Below, piece after piece: positions 1-8,478 of a DNA stretch of 46,961 bases; within the stretch, counting starts at the first letter, position 1, and each line of letters begins with the position of its first letter. A program made the translations under genes and the position numbers. Origin of the DNA: a virus (Duplodnaviria > Caudoviricetes); the IMG/VR virus record IMGVR_UViG_3300028388_002071, positions 1-46,961 of that record. One strand, 5' to 3'. A model generated the notes under the pieces. It searched no databases and was not told the DNA's origin. It saw nothing but the letters and a program-made list of their open reading frames with translations.

Positions 1-99
1 CCCTTCCTTTGCTGCTCCAGTCGATCAGGGTTATGTGGCATCAGATTTTCCGCTCAGTTGAGCCCGCCGGCCGGCAATCCCGGCAGGCTTGCGGATCGA
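1..99 (+). repeat. Terminal direct repeat, copy 1 (assembly circularisation overlap)
   Basis: Identical to 46863-46961. Confidence 0.95.
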
Positions 100-205
100 C
101 CTCACCCACCGGGCGACAGGTCATTTCAATGGCGCCATTAATCGGAACGCACTCAAAAACGATTCCGTTCCAAACGATGACAAGGGGGACGATTAGTTCG
201 ATCAC
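41..205 (-). CDS. Hypothetical 54-aa Cys-containing protein (MIELIVPLVIVWNG...), not in ORF track
   Basis: GTG start after GGAG; its TGA overlaps the next ATG (TGATG), as elsewhere in this operon. Confidence 0.4.
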   Translation of the reverse strand: MIELIVPLVIVWNGIVFECVPINGAIEMTCRPVGEVDPQACRDCRPAGSTERKI

Positions 206-228
206 ATTCAGATCTCCAGAAGCGGTCG

Positions 229-468
229 TCAGGTTTCATCAACCTCGGCCTTGCCGTAGTTCACGTCGTGCGCGAAGGCATACCGGCACCGGAGGTCGTG
301 GATGACCCGGGACAGGTCAACCCCGGCCCGCATCTTCTGGCAAGCCTCGCGCCACGCGCGCTCCCGGATCATTTCGGCATTACCCGAGCGAGCCGGCGTC
401 ACATAATTGGCTGGGCTTTTGTAGTGCCCCGTGGAGGAACGGCGAAACGGGATTCCTTGCGTCGTCAT
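229..468 (-). CDS. Hypothetical protein
   Basis: Tightly packed in the leftward early operon. Confidence 0.6.
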   Translation of the reverse strand: MTTQGIPFRRSSTGHYKSPANYVTPARSGNAEMIRERAWREACQKMRAGVDLSRVIHDLRCRYAFAHDVNYGKAEVDET

Positions 469-470
469 GG

Positions 471-743
471 CTACACCCCGAACCGTTCGTAGTCGTCGAG
501 GCGATCGTTGATCTCATCGCCGACCCGAAGCAACCCGCGAAGCTCCCGCGCGTGATCGTCTGATCCGTGCTGATAGCCCTCGCGGTAGGCAGTGTCCATG
601 TAGCGGAGGATCGACCGGACCTGTTCATCGCTCAGCCGATCCGAGAACGCCGCGACCGTCTCGCCGTCGCAGTTATAGACACGGGCAAGCGAGCCCTCGC
701 GTTCGATCCAGTTTTCGTCTTCAACCCAGTGATATTTGCTCAT
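471..743 (-). CDS. Hypothetical protein
   Basis: AGGAG RBS, operon packing. Confidence 0.7.
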   Translation of the reverse strand: MSKYHWVEDENWIEREGSLARVYNCDGETVAAFSDRLSDEQVRSILRYMDTAYREGYQHGSDDHARELRGLLRVGDEINDRLDDYERFGV

Positions 744-766
744 CGTCTACTCCTGTTTTTTACCCG

Positions 767-851
767 AGCCAGCCAATCCGTGCCGGGACATGCCAAGCCC
801 CGCCAAGCCTTGCCAGCCAATCCGATCCACGCCCTGCCGAGCCCTGCCTGC
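767..851. repeat. Degenerate pentamer array (nGCCn on +, nGGCn on -)
   Basis: agcca atccg tgccg ggaca tgcca agccc cgcca agcct tgcc agcca atccg atcca cgccc tgccg agccc tgcc. Confidence 0.7.
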
Positions 852-856
852 ATTCA

Positions 857-2371
857 CTACGCCGCCTCCTTCCGGGCCTGCCGGATGGCCGCGGTCAGCC
901 GATCACGAAGCTGAATCGCCTCCTCCAGCCCGAGCGTCACCGGCACCCCGTCGTGCAGCGCGAGCACCACGTCAGGGCCGGCAGCGTGGGCCGTGTACGG
1001 GTCGAGACGGTCGCTCTTAGGCGGAACCATAGGCCGCTGCGGTTCAGGCGCGTGTGCGGGCGCTGGCGGCGCCTCAGCGACACGCTCGGCCGCAGCATGG
1101 CGCGCCCGAATAGCCGCATCGAAATCATCCGGCGCCTTGCGGGCGAGTTGGTCGAGATCGGGGAACAGCAGCACATCGCCCCCGAGTTCATTGTCGAACC
1201 GTTTGAGGTTAGCGCGGACCAGCGCGACCTCGCGCTGCACCGCGACCTTGGCGTCGGCCAGCACCTGATCAGCGGCGTCGCGGAGCGATTGCACCGTGCG
1301 CTTGCCCTTCATCGCCGCGGTCACATCGGCCGCGAACCCGACCGGCTCCCGCGGCGGAGATACCCGCGTGTCGTAGGGCCCCCACTCGTCAATGGCAGCC
1401 GCCAGCCGCTCCCTGGCCTCGCTAACGATCTCCCACCGAATTGCCTCCTTGCGCTTCTTGACCAATTTGTCGAGTTCGAGCCGCTTCGACCGCATTTCCG
1501 ACCGCAGCCGATCCACCGCGGAGAACAGATCCGCGATGCTCGCCGTCTGCCGAATGGCCGCTTGCTTGGCCGCTTCGACCTCCTTTTCCGCCTCGCCCAG
1601 GAACTTCACCGTAGCCTCGGCGTCGGCGAAGTCCTGATCCGTTTGCAGATCGGTATTGATCGACCGGATACGGGCAGCGACCGCGTTCGAGTACTCGACG
1701 ACATTCGACGCGATGACCGAGCCTTGAAGCTCGACGTGCAGCGTCGGCAGTACGTCAGGCGCCTGCCCGGTAGGTGCCGGCGCGACCTCCGTGTGCTTGT
1801 ACTCGGAGAGGTCTTTGGCGAACTGCTGCCAGCCGGCGAGCAGTGCGGCATAGCGTTCCTGCGTGGACTCGTACCAACAATGGACGCACCGATCCTCCGT
1901 GCCGTCGGACACCATAAACAGCACCCGAAGCGCCCCGGACACCAGCAATTGTTGGTCCAGTTGCGGCCGGTGGGTTTCAGGCACCACCCCGGCGCGCACC
2001 GACGCCGCGAGTTCCTCGTTCCAGTATTTGTGCTCCCAGGCGAACTCGCCCATCATAGTCAGCCCGTCCAGCGAGCCCAGGAGTGGAAGCCCGTCGATCA
2101 CGTCGGAGAGCGTCGTCGGAAACAGTTCCTCCCCGAGGATCCGCTCGGCGATAGGCCGCGCCGCGGCCTCCGCGTCGTGCCCCTTGGCGAACAGCGCTTG
2201 CTTGGCGGGCGGCACCTCGCCTTCCTCCCCGGTCGCCTTTGCCCGGAGCAGTTCAGCCCGCGTCATGTACGGGGACACCCCGAGCATCGCCGCCGCCTCG
2301 CTGGCCGTGAAATGCCGGCGCCGGAGATCCAGCCATTCGGAACTCCCCTGCTGCACGTTATGGGTTTTCAT
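857..2371 (-). CDS. YqaJ/lambda-exonuclease-like recombination nuclease with C-terminal coiled coil
   Basis: QGSSEWLDLRR-FTASEA, GHDAE, SLDG, EHK and QLDQQL motifs; adjacent to Bet. Confidence 0.9.
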   Translation of the reverse strand: MKTHNVQQGSSEWLDLRRRHFTASEAAAMLGVSPYMTRAELLRAKATGEEGEVPPAKQALFAKGHDAEAAARPIAERILGEELFPTTLSDVIDGLPLLGSLDGLTMMGEFAWEHKYWNEELAASVRAGVVPETHRPQLDQQLLVSGALRVLFMVSDGTEDRCVHCWYESTQERYAALLAGWQQFAKDLSEYKHTEVAPAPTGQAPDVLPTLHVELQGSVIASNVVEYSNAVAARIRSINTDLQTDQDFADAEATVKFLGEAEKEVEAAKQAAIRQTASIADLFSAVDRLRSEMRSKRLELDKLVKKRKEAIRWEIVSEARERLAAAIDEWGPYDTRVSPPREPVGFAADVTAAMKGKRTVQSLRDAADQVLADAKVAVQREVALVRANLKRFDNELGGDVLLFPDLDQLARKAPDDFDAAIRARHAAAERVAEAPPAPAHAPEPQRPMVPPKSDRLDPYTAHAAGPDVVLALHDGVPVTLGLEEAIQLRDRLTAAIRQARKEAA

Positions 2372-3192
2372 CGCATCGCCCCCTCGTAGTCGTTAACCCA
2401 GGCCGCATTCGGGTCGTCGCCCAGCACTTCCCCCGTCTCCGGGTCTACGTCGATTGGGGCCCCGATACCGCGGATGCGCGCGGCCTGCGCGTCGCTCAGG
2501 GTGTACTTGGACGAGATACGCGCGATCATCGCGTCGGCGGTGATGCGCCCAGCCTTGATGGCGGCCTCCCACTTGGGAAGGTTGCTGCCGAACTCGCCCT
2601 CGGGGTATTCGGGCAGCGAGGGCGGGTCCTGCCGCGGTGTGTCGCTCGAAACGACCTCGGCCGCACCCATATCCCTCTCGGCGATTACCTCGGCGTCGTC
2701 CGGGTCGTAGACCCCCGTGAAGCCAAACGCGAGACGGGCCGCCTGGATAAGGGCTTTATGCCGCAGCATCCGCCGCGGGTGGGACTGCCACGGTGGCGTC
2801 CCCCGCCGGCACTCGGCCATGTACTCCGTGACGACAACCGGCCGCGAGCGGTCCTTCCGATACAGGAGGCAGGTGCAGGCCTCGCCGTCAGGGGAGAACT
2901 CGAAGTCAACGCCGTCGAACTGCGGGTGATCGTTGCAGATCCGCGCCCACCCATCGACGCCGACCACCGGGACGATTTCGCCGCTCTTACCCGGGAACGC
3001 ATAAATCTCCTTCGTCCACGGGTTCAGCCCGTACTGGTTAGCGACGACGAGCAAGGCCGTCATCTGCTCATTCGTGACCTTCGCGTTAAAGGCGGTCGCC
3101 TTCAGTGTTTGGACGAGATCTGCGCTATCGACCTCGCCCATTTCGAGCTTCGCAGCGAGCTTCGCGGACAGGGTTGTGAGTGCCGTGCTCAT
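2368..3192 (-). CDS. bet: Phage recombination protein Bet (RecT/Redbeta-type single-strand annealing protein)
   Basis: ANQYGLNPWTKEIYAFP, VPVVGVDGWARI, PWQSHPRRMLRHKALIQAARLAFGF. Confidence 0.92.
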   Translation of the reverse strand: MSTALTTLSAKLAAKLEMGEVDSADLVQTLKATAFNAKVTNEQMTALLVVANQYGLNPWTKEIYAFPGKSGEIVPVVGVDGWARICNDHPQFDGVDFEFSPDGEACTCLLYRKDRSRPVVVTEYMAECRRGTPPWQSHPRRMLRHKALIQAARLAFGFTGVYDPDDAEVIAERDMGAAEVVSSDTPRQDPPSLPEYPEGEFGSNLPKWEAAIKAGRITADAMIARISSKYTLSDAQAARIRGIGAPIDVDPETGEVLGDDPNAAWVNDYEGAMR

Positions 3193-3404
3193 GCTTTGGC
3201 CTCCAGTTTTGCGTTGACGACGCCACCGGACGGGAACCCGTACTCATTCCGCGCGTCGGGCACGCCCCGCAGCGGGATAAAGGCAATGGAGCCGTCGGAG
3301 AGTTGGTGCGTGGAGCACCGCAGATCGAACGCCAGCGCGATCAACGTCGCGGCGGGTGTGGACCGCGGTATGCGGAGCGTCATGTAGTCGTTTTTTGCGT
3401 TCAT
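3189..3404 (-). CDS. Hypothetical protein
   Basis: AGGAG RBS; ATGA overlap with bet. Confidence 0.6.
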   Translation of the reverse strand: MNAKNDYMTLRIPRSTPAATLIALAFDLRCSTHQLSDGSIAFIPLRGVPDARNEYGFPSGGVVNAKLEAKA

Positions 3405-3415
3405 TTCGAACTCCT

Positions 3416-3454
3416 AAAAAGGGCGCCCAGGGGACGTGACTACCCGAGGGCGCC
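3416..3454 (-). terminator. Probable intrinsic terminator for leftward transcription
   Basis: GGCGCCC...GGGCGCC hairpin followed by TTTTT on the minus strand. Confidence 0.5.
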
Positions 3455-3465
3455 AACTGGAGAGA

Positions 3466-4440
3466 TCAGGCGACCAGCTTCAGGGCGGCGCTCAGAGCGC
3501 GCTGTTTGCGGTCGGCGGATTCGCCGAACCAGCCCGAGGCCAGCCGGTTGTTGTCGTTGCGGAACCGGCGCTGGTGGTCCTCGAAGTACGTCACCCCGTT
3601 GACCAGCCCCCAGGCGGTACCGGCGGTGGAGCGGAGGTTCTGGCCCTGGCCGCCCTCGACCGCGTTCCAGACCTTCTGCATGACCTTCGCATCGGCCTCG
3701 CTCTGCTTTTCGATGGGCAGCGACGGGTCGCCGAACACGTCGATCAGCCAGCGACGGGCCTCGAACTTGTCCACCTTACGGTCGGCCAGCGCGACCACTA
3801 CGTCGCCGAAGTCTTCCCAGGCGCGCTTCTTCAGCCCGAGTTCCGCCTTGACCACCTCGGCGTCGAAGGCCGTGGAGTGCGGAATGCGGACGGTCGGCTG
3901 GTGGTCGTGCCAGTCGGCCATGTGCAGCGTGTTCTGGCAGACCACCCGCACGGTCGTGAACTTGGCCGTGGTAGCCATAGACCCGTCGAAGGAGGTGGCG
4001 ACCAACAGGAAGCCCTGCACCTGATCCTGGCCCTTGATGACGAGGTCTTCGCCGACCCGCGCCAGCGCCCAGATCCGGCGTCCGCCGTCCAGAGAGCCGG
4101 CGGTTTCCATTTCGAGGTCGCCCGCCTTCAGGAACTCGTCGAAGAACCCGAGCGCGTCGCGCGGCTGGAGGATTTGATAGCGGCTTGACATAACGCCGAG
4201 CACGGCGCTGTTATCCGAGCGGTGAATGACGGTGGTATTGGGGATCTCGGCGTGCTCATCAGCACCGGCCGGCAGGAACCAAGCCGGCGACGTTTCAGCG
4301 GTCCAGTCCAGACCGGCTTCGCGCGCCCAGATTTCGAGGTCGGCGCCGGGGGTCAATTCTTGGCCCAGCCCGTGCCAGGGTTTCCGGCCGACGTATGCCA
4401 TATTCTCGCGGCCGTTGGTCATGTCGATCATGTGAGCCAT
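3466..4440 (-). CDS. DUF932 / phage-plasmid protein (TIGR03299-like)
   Basis: MAYVG..PWHGLG, AGLDW, ETAGSL.GGR.IWALA, TSFDGS.AT, VRVVCQNTL, GTAWGLVNGVT. Confidence 0.85.
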   Translation of the reverse strand: MAHMIDMTNGRENMAYVGRKPWHGLGQELTPGADLEIWAREAGLDWTAETSPAWFLPAGADEHAEIPNTTVIHRSDNSAVLGVMSSRYQILQPRDALGFFDEFLKAGDLEMETAGSLDGGRRIWALARVGEDLVIKGQDQVQGFLLVATSFDGSMATTAKFTTVRVVCQNTLHMADWHDHQPTVRIPHSTAFDAEVVKAELGLKKRAWEDFGDVVVALADRKVDKFEARRWLIDVFGDPSLPIEKQSEADAKVMQKVWNAVEGGQGQNLRSTAGTAWGLVNGVTYFEDHQRRFRNDNNRLASGWFGESADRKQRALSAALKLVA

Positions 4441-4475
4441 TTCGTTCTCCAGTTGGTTAAGTGGGTCCGTTTATT

Positions 4476-4531
4476 TACCGGACAGCTAAAGTATAAGCCG
4501 GAATTAACCCAAAAACAATAGCTGTCCGGTA
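4476..4531 (-). promoter_or_regulatory. Leftward sigma70 promoter flanked by two 13-bp operators
   Basis: TTGTTT-17-TATACT on minus; TACCGGACAGCTA (4476-4488) and TAGCTGTCCGGTA (4519-4531). Confidence 0.8.
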
Positions 4532-4537
4532 ATTTTT

Positions 4538-4825
4538 TTAGGGGAAAGCCCGGGCCCGATATTCCTCGCCCAGGTCGCGGATGTACTGCAAAGCCTGGAG
4601 CCGGAGCGCGTCCCGAGTAGACTCGGAGAGGTCGTCCATAACGTCGAACCACTTGCCAGCCTGACGGGCCTCGACCGAACGGATAGTGACCTCCGGCGGC
4701 TCGCCCGGATCAGCCCGGTCCACCGGGTACAGCACCGGGGGAGAGCCCTTGTCGTAGTGGAAGACCACCAGCACGGCGAGCCCGGAGCCGATAACCGTCG
4801 GCATCTGGTGAAAGCACTCGCTCAT
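4538..4825 (-). CDS. Hypothetical protein
   Basis: GGAG RBS, ATGA coupling with upstream gene. Confidence 0.65.
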   Translation of the reverse strand: MSECFHQMPTVIGSGLAVLVVFHYDKGSPPVLYPVDRADPGEPPEVTIRSVEARQAGKWFDVMDDLSESTRDALRLQALQYIRDLGEEYRARAFP

Positions 4826-4938
4826 GGCTGACGCTCCAGAATGTTTTCGATGAATGTCGCGATCAGCCCGCCGACCAACAGCGCGAACGAGATAATCCCC
4901 AGGACGATCAGCAGCAAGATCAGATCAGAAAGTGCCAT
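4822..4938 (-). CDS. 38-aa single-pass membrane peptide (MALSDLILLLIVLGIISF...)
   Basis: GGAGG RBS before ATG 4938; one long hydrophobic stretch. Confidence 0.6.
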   Translation of the reverse strand: MALSDLILLLIVLGIISFALLVGGLIATFIENILERQP

Positions 4939-5395
4939 CGACCACCTCCAGCGCGACCGACCCGGCCGCATACTCTCGCATCCCGTCATCGAATTTGGCG
5001 CCGCTGGTATCGTCATCGAATTTGGCGCCGCGGAGGATGCACCCGCGGAAATCCGTGTTCACCAGCTTTGCTCCGGTGAAGTCAGCCAACGAAAGGTCCG
5101 AGCCGCGGAAGTCCACATTCGCAAGGTCGGCCCCCTGGAACGTCGCCAGCCGGAAGGCGCCACCGGCGAGGACCGCACCGCGGAGGTCGGCCCCGTTGAA
5201 GTCTGCCGCCGGGGCGGTGATTCGCGTCATATCGACGAACCGGAGCTTGGCGCCAATAAAACACGCCGCGCGCACATTCGCCTCGACAAGGAACGCCGTG
5301 GTCAGGTTGGTGCCGATCAGCAACGCCTCCGGCAGATCGGCCCCCGACAGGTCAACCGCCTTCAGATCGCATCGGGATAGGTTCGCAATAGGCAT
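4925..5395 (-). CDS. Pentapeptide-repeat protein
   Basis: Continuous A(D/N)(L/F)xx repeats; GGAGG RBS before ATG 5395; 21-bp direct repeat at 4984-5004 and 5011-5031. Confidence 0.9.
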   Translation of the reverse strand: MPIANLSRCDLKAVDLSGADLPEALLIGTNLTTAFLVEANVRAACFIGAKLRFVDMTRITAPAADFNGADLRGAVLAGGAFRLATFQGADLANVDFRGSDLSLADFTGAKLVNTDFRGCILRGAKFDDDTSGAKFDDGMREYAAGSVALEVVDGTF

Positions 5396-5428
5396 AAAGC
5401 CCTCCGGGGTAAAGTAGCGTCGGCAACA

Positions 5429-5484
5429 TAGCCGACAGCTAAACTCTAGCCCCATGCGGAGGGTGTGGCAATAGCTGAAGGGTA
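5429..5484 (-). promoter_or_regulatory. Leftward pL-like sigma70 promoter flanked by two 13-bp operators
   Basis: TTGCCA-17-TAGAGT on minus; TAGCCGACAGCTA (5429-5441) and TAGCTGAAGGGTA (5472-5484); same 43-bp operator spacing as 4476-4531. Confidence 0.8.
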
Positions 5485-5550
5485 AAAAATTCAGGGTTTA
5501 TTACCCGGGCCCCTTCAGGTAGCCTGGGGCCCAGGCGGCAACGTGACGCC

Positions 5551-5596
5551 AGCCCCAGGGGACAAAACGTGTGTGCGCGCGCCCTGGGGCTTTTTT
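5551..5596. terminator. Hairpin/terminator at the 3' end of the repressor gene
   Basis: AGCCCCAGGG...CCCTGGGGCT followed by a T-run on +. Confidence 0.45.
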
Positions 5597-6020
5597 ATGC
5601 CCGCTCTACGAATACCCGCGCAATGTCGAGCAAGCGCGTCTGATCCTTCTCGTCCAGCAACCGGAACCGGGTGCAGAGTTCGAGCTCAGCTTCCTCGTTC
5701 CGCGTGGGCGCCGCGTCGATGGATATTCCGTATTGCAACAGCGACCGACGCAGCCCCGCCCGCCAATCCGTTCGTTCGATCTTCAGCCAATCCGTGACGT
5801 GCGGCGCGTCGAGCCACCCGGACGGGCGCCGGCACTTCTGCTCAACGATACGCGCTAGCCGACGTTCTACCGTCTTGTTGGGGTTCTTCCCAATCAGTTG
5901 GGAAATCTGCGATTGGGACCGTTCAAGTTTTTCGGCGAACTTGGACACCCCGCCCAGTTCCTCGGCCAGAAACCGCATGTTCCACACGCGGACTTCTTCA
6001 GCCGGAATAGATGATTTCAT
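5595..6020 (-). CDS. CI-like repressor (HTH, no S24 peptidase domain)
   Basis: R..N+R.L....GG...FA..L.RSQSQISQL.......AR.+E.....P.GWLD lambdoid repressor N-domain; divergent from a Cro-like gene. Confidence 0.8.
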   Translation of the reverse strand: MKSSIPAEEVRVWNMRFLAEELGGVSKFAEKLERSQSQISQLIGKNPNKTVERRLARIVEQKCRRPSGWLDAPHVTDWLKIERTDWRAGLRRSLLQYGISIDAAPTRNEEAELELCTRFRLLDEKDQTRLLDIARVFVERA

Positions 6021-6058
6021 CTTTACCTCCCCAGGTAAGCGTCTCCGACAATAGACAT

Positions 6059-6117
6059 TATCGTCCAGATAATCAACGCCACAAAACTGGACGCAAAAAT
6101 TACCGATGGGCTACACT
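6059..6117. promoter_or_regulatory. CI/Cro divergent control region with two operators
   Basis: TATCGTCCAGATA (6059-6071) and TACCGATGGGCTA (6101-6113); rightward TGGACG-18-TACACT. Confidence 0.7.
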
Positions 6118-6148
6118 TAGGGGGAGACTTTACCTAAAGGAAAACGAG

Positions 6149-6433
6149 ATGAAGTTCCGAGATTATTACCTGGGCTTGACCGACGAAGAACGTGCCGAGT
6201 ACGCGCGCCGCGCCGGCACCTCCCCACTCTACATGCCGCAGTTGGTCAACGAGCGCCCCTTCAAGGTGCCCAAGCCAGACCTCATCCGCGGCCTAGCCAA
6301 AGCGAGCGACGGTAACGTCAGCCTACACGAAGTGCTAGAGCACTTCTACGGGACGCTCCCCCACGAACCCATGCCTATTGCCGAGGGCTGGGAACACATC
6401 AGCGAGCCAATCAGGCGTTCGCGCGGAGGATGA
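6149..6433 (+). CDS. Cro/YdaS-like transcriptional regulator
   Basis: ERAEYARRAGTSPLYMPQLV HTH-like segment, AKASDGNVS; AAGGA RBS before ATG 6149. Confidence 0.75.
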   Translation: MKFRDYYLGLTDEERAEYARRAGTSPLYMPQLVNERPFKVPKPDLIRGLAKASDGNVSLHEVLEHFYGTLPHEPMPIAEGWEHISEPIRRSRGG

Positions 6434-6434
6434 C

Positions 6435-7403
6435 ATGGACCTGGCTACACGGGGGTTGCAGGTAGTGCGAAACGAACTACCCGATCCTCCATATCCCGAG
6501 GATACCGAGGCGAACGGATACAAGCCGGAATTCAATATTTCGCGCATCAAGCAAAGTCGAACATGGTTGCTGGCTGCGCCAGAGGTTCGCCCTTGGTTGC
6601 TCATGCTCTGGGCGGAAGCATGGTCATCAACCCCGGTGGGCTCCTACGAGGACGACCTCGAATATATCGCGGCCCGAATAGGGTGCTCCGTCGAATGGCT
6701 AGAGGTGCATCGGAAGATCCTGCTCCGCGGATGGGAAAGGCACTCAGACGGCCGCCTTTACCATCCCTATGTTGTTAATCAAGTTAGCAAAATGCTCAAA
6801 AACCGGCGCAACAATGCCGCGCGCCAAGCCCGTTGGCGTAACAGTGCATCACAAGGTAATAACGCGTCCGTAACGCGTTACGAACGCGTTAGTAACGCTG
6901 CGGAACAGGAACAGGAACAGGAACAGGAATATAAAACCCCCCCTATATGCCCCCCCTACGAGGGGGGGAACCAGCTTCCACTCGAAAAACCCGAACCCAA
7001 GCCCGAGAAAACCCAACCAAATACGTCGGGCAAAAAAAACAGCTACGGGGTAAACTTGGACAAAACCCCTCCCGGGATAAGCCAAGACGCAGCGAAGGAG
7101 TTCGTGCAGCACCGGAAGCTACTCAAAAAGCCACTAACCCAGAACGCCTTCGACCGAGCCATGAGCGCCGCCCTGCGCGCCGCCAGCCAACTCAACATCA
7201 GCCCGGACGAAGCCATCCACGTCACCGTCGATGCCGGATGGCAAGGCATCAATCCCGACTGGATCAAAAACCGCCTCAGCGGAGGACAGCATGAAACACG
7301 TCAGCGAGATGATCGCTCCCGCGCCAAACGCTTCGCCGACAAGCTCGACGAAATCGCCCGCCGCGACATCGAAGCCAAAGGGTTTACCGACGCATTGGAC
7401 TAG
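6435..7403 (+). CDS. Replication initiator (O-like; DUF1376/YdaU-like N-terminus)
   Basis: Follows cro; helical N-domain, RQARWR, EQEQEQEQE linker and internal ori-like repeats; GGAGG RBS before ATG 6435. Confidence 0.75.
   Translation: MDLATRGLQVVRNELPDPPYPEDTEANGYKPEFNISRIKQSRTWLLAAPEVRPWLLMLWAEAWSSTPVGSYEDDLEYIAARIGCSVEWLEVHRKILLRGWERHSDGRLYHPYVVNQVSKMLKNRRNNAARQARWRNSASQGNNASVTRYERVSNAAEQEQEQEQEYKTPPICPPYEGGNQLPLEKPEPKPEKTQPNTSGKKNSYGVNLDKTPPGISQDAAKEFVQHRKLLKKPLTQNAFDRAMSAALRAASQLNISPDEAIHVTVDAGWQGINPDWIKNRLSGGQHETRQRDDRSRAKRFADKLDEIARRDIEAKGFTDALD
6858..6968. other. Probable replication origin inside the initiator gene
   Basis: Repeated (T)AACGCGT units at 11-12 bp spacing incl. palindrome GTAACGCGTTAC, then (GAACAG)n, then a C-run/G-run inverted repeat. 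Confidence 0.5.
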
Positions 7404-7794
7404 CGCACTTTTCCGCAAACTCCAGGCGCGCTATGGGAACAAGTGGGTCGCCGCAATGGAAGGCATCGAAGAAACCGCCGTCGCTGAATGGGCCGACGGC
7501 CTCGCCGGCATCACCGCCGAGCAGATCAAGCGCGGCCTCGACACCTGGGACGACCCCTGGCCGCCCTCCCTACCAGAATTCCGCGCGGCCTGCCTCGGCA
7601 AGCGGCGCAACGGTTTCGGGCTCGACTACACGCCCGAATATTACCGAGCCAAGCCCGGATTCGACGCAGATCCAAAAACCCTGCTGAGCAGCAACGAGCG
7701 AGACGGTCGGCGAGCGAAGGCGTTGGCATCGCTACGGGAAGTTCGCCGCCAGCTAACCCGGGGAAACACTACCAACGACAATCAGGAGGCATAA
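7291..7794 (+). CDS. Replication protein P-like (helicase loader)
   Basis: LF.KLQARYG.KW...EW...L.G...EQI.RGL.....WPPSLPEF...C pattern directly after the O-like gene. Confidence 0.65.
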   Translation: MKHVSEMIAPAPNASPTSSTKSPAATSKPKGLPTHWTSALFRKLQARYGNKWVAAMEGIEETAVAEWADGLAGITAEQIKRGLDTWDDPWPPSLPEFRAACLGKRRNGFGLDYTPEYYRAKPGFDADPKTLLSSNERDGRRAKALASLREVRRQLTRGNTTNDNQEA

Positions 7795-7795
7795 C

Positions 7796-8269
7796 ATGGG
7801 CCTGAATTTTGCCATACCAGCCGCCACCGTAGAGCACCTCAACATCCGCCGCAGCGGCAAAGAAGGCGACGACATAGTTGCAATCGACGTGAAGCTCAGC
7901 GGCACGGTGGAAGCCAGGGCCCTGGCCCCCGCCGCCGGCGCCGAGCCGGAGGACCTCATCAACGCCCTCTGGGAAGAAGGGGGCAACGAGTTCCAGCCAA
8001 AGCTGCTCGGCGTCAGCGAACTGACCACCTGGGGCACATTCAAAAACCACCTCGTCGCCTTCGGCCATGCAAGCGGCGTTTTCGGCGAGATTAAAAAAAT
8101 CGCCATCAAGCCCATTGGCGGACAAGCCACCCAGGCCGACACGGTTTTCACCGTCACCGTGGACAACCCATCCGATGACCTAACCAACGTCCTCGTCGAT
8201 CACATCAAGAGCGAGGTCAGCGTCAAGGTAGAAGCGCCGCCCGAGTTCGAGTTCGGGGGCGACGAATGA
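7796..8269 (+). CDS. Hypothetical protein
   Basis: AGGAGG RBS, typical codon usage. Confidence 0.75.
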   Translation: MGLNFAIPAATVEHLNIRRSGKEGDDIVAIDVKLSGTVEARALAPAAGAEPEDLINALWEEGGNEFQPKLLGVSELTTWGTFKNHLVAFGHASGVFGEIKKIAIKPIGGQATQADTVFTVTVDNPSDDLTNVLVDHIKSEVSVKVEAPPEFEFGGDE

Positions 8270-8478
8270 CCAATCACCTCAACGGTGAGTCAGCCGGCGC
8301 CCAGGGGGCAGGTGGCGCCAGCGCAACGGGGCACTCCTCCGCGGGAGTTTCTAGCTCAACTCCTTCGCCCCGCGTAACAGCCCTCAGTCGGGGCAGCGAG
8401 CATATCCAGCCGCAGGCGACCCGACCGTCTGGTCCGCGTAACGGACCACCCACCACCCGCAACCGGAGAACGCCATGA
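8266..8478 (+). CDS. Hypothetical low-complexity protein
   Basis: ATGA overlaps on both sides, but Ser/Gly/Pro-rich. Confidence 0.35.
   Translation: MTNHLNGESAGAQGAGGASATGHSSAGVSSSTPSPRVTALSRGSEHIQPQATRPSGPRNGPPTTRNRRTP

Noticed and set aside
1-99. Terminal repeat as a biological packaging DTR
   Set aside because: Exactly 99 bp, a common assembler k-mer overlap, falls mid-operon and far from terminase; treated as a circularisation artefact
953-2389. 478-aa plus-strand ORF and other long antisense ORFs (e.g. 15298-16242, 16763-17833, 29412-30449)
   Set aside because: Shadow frames of real high-GC genes; no motifs and atypical composition
4925-5395. qnr quinolone-resistance gene
   Set aside because: Shorter than Qnr and only generic pentapeptide repeats are visible
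5500-5596. Antisense sRNA against the repressor (two hairpins plus T-run on +)
   Set aside because: No convincing rightward promoter found; kept only as a low-confidence terminator
6903-6929. (GAACAG)n as CRISPR or contingency repeat
   Set aside because: In-frame hexamer encoding the EQ linker common in phage initiators; no spacers
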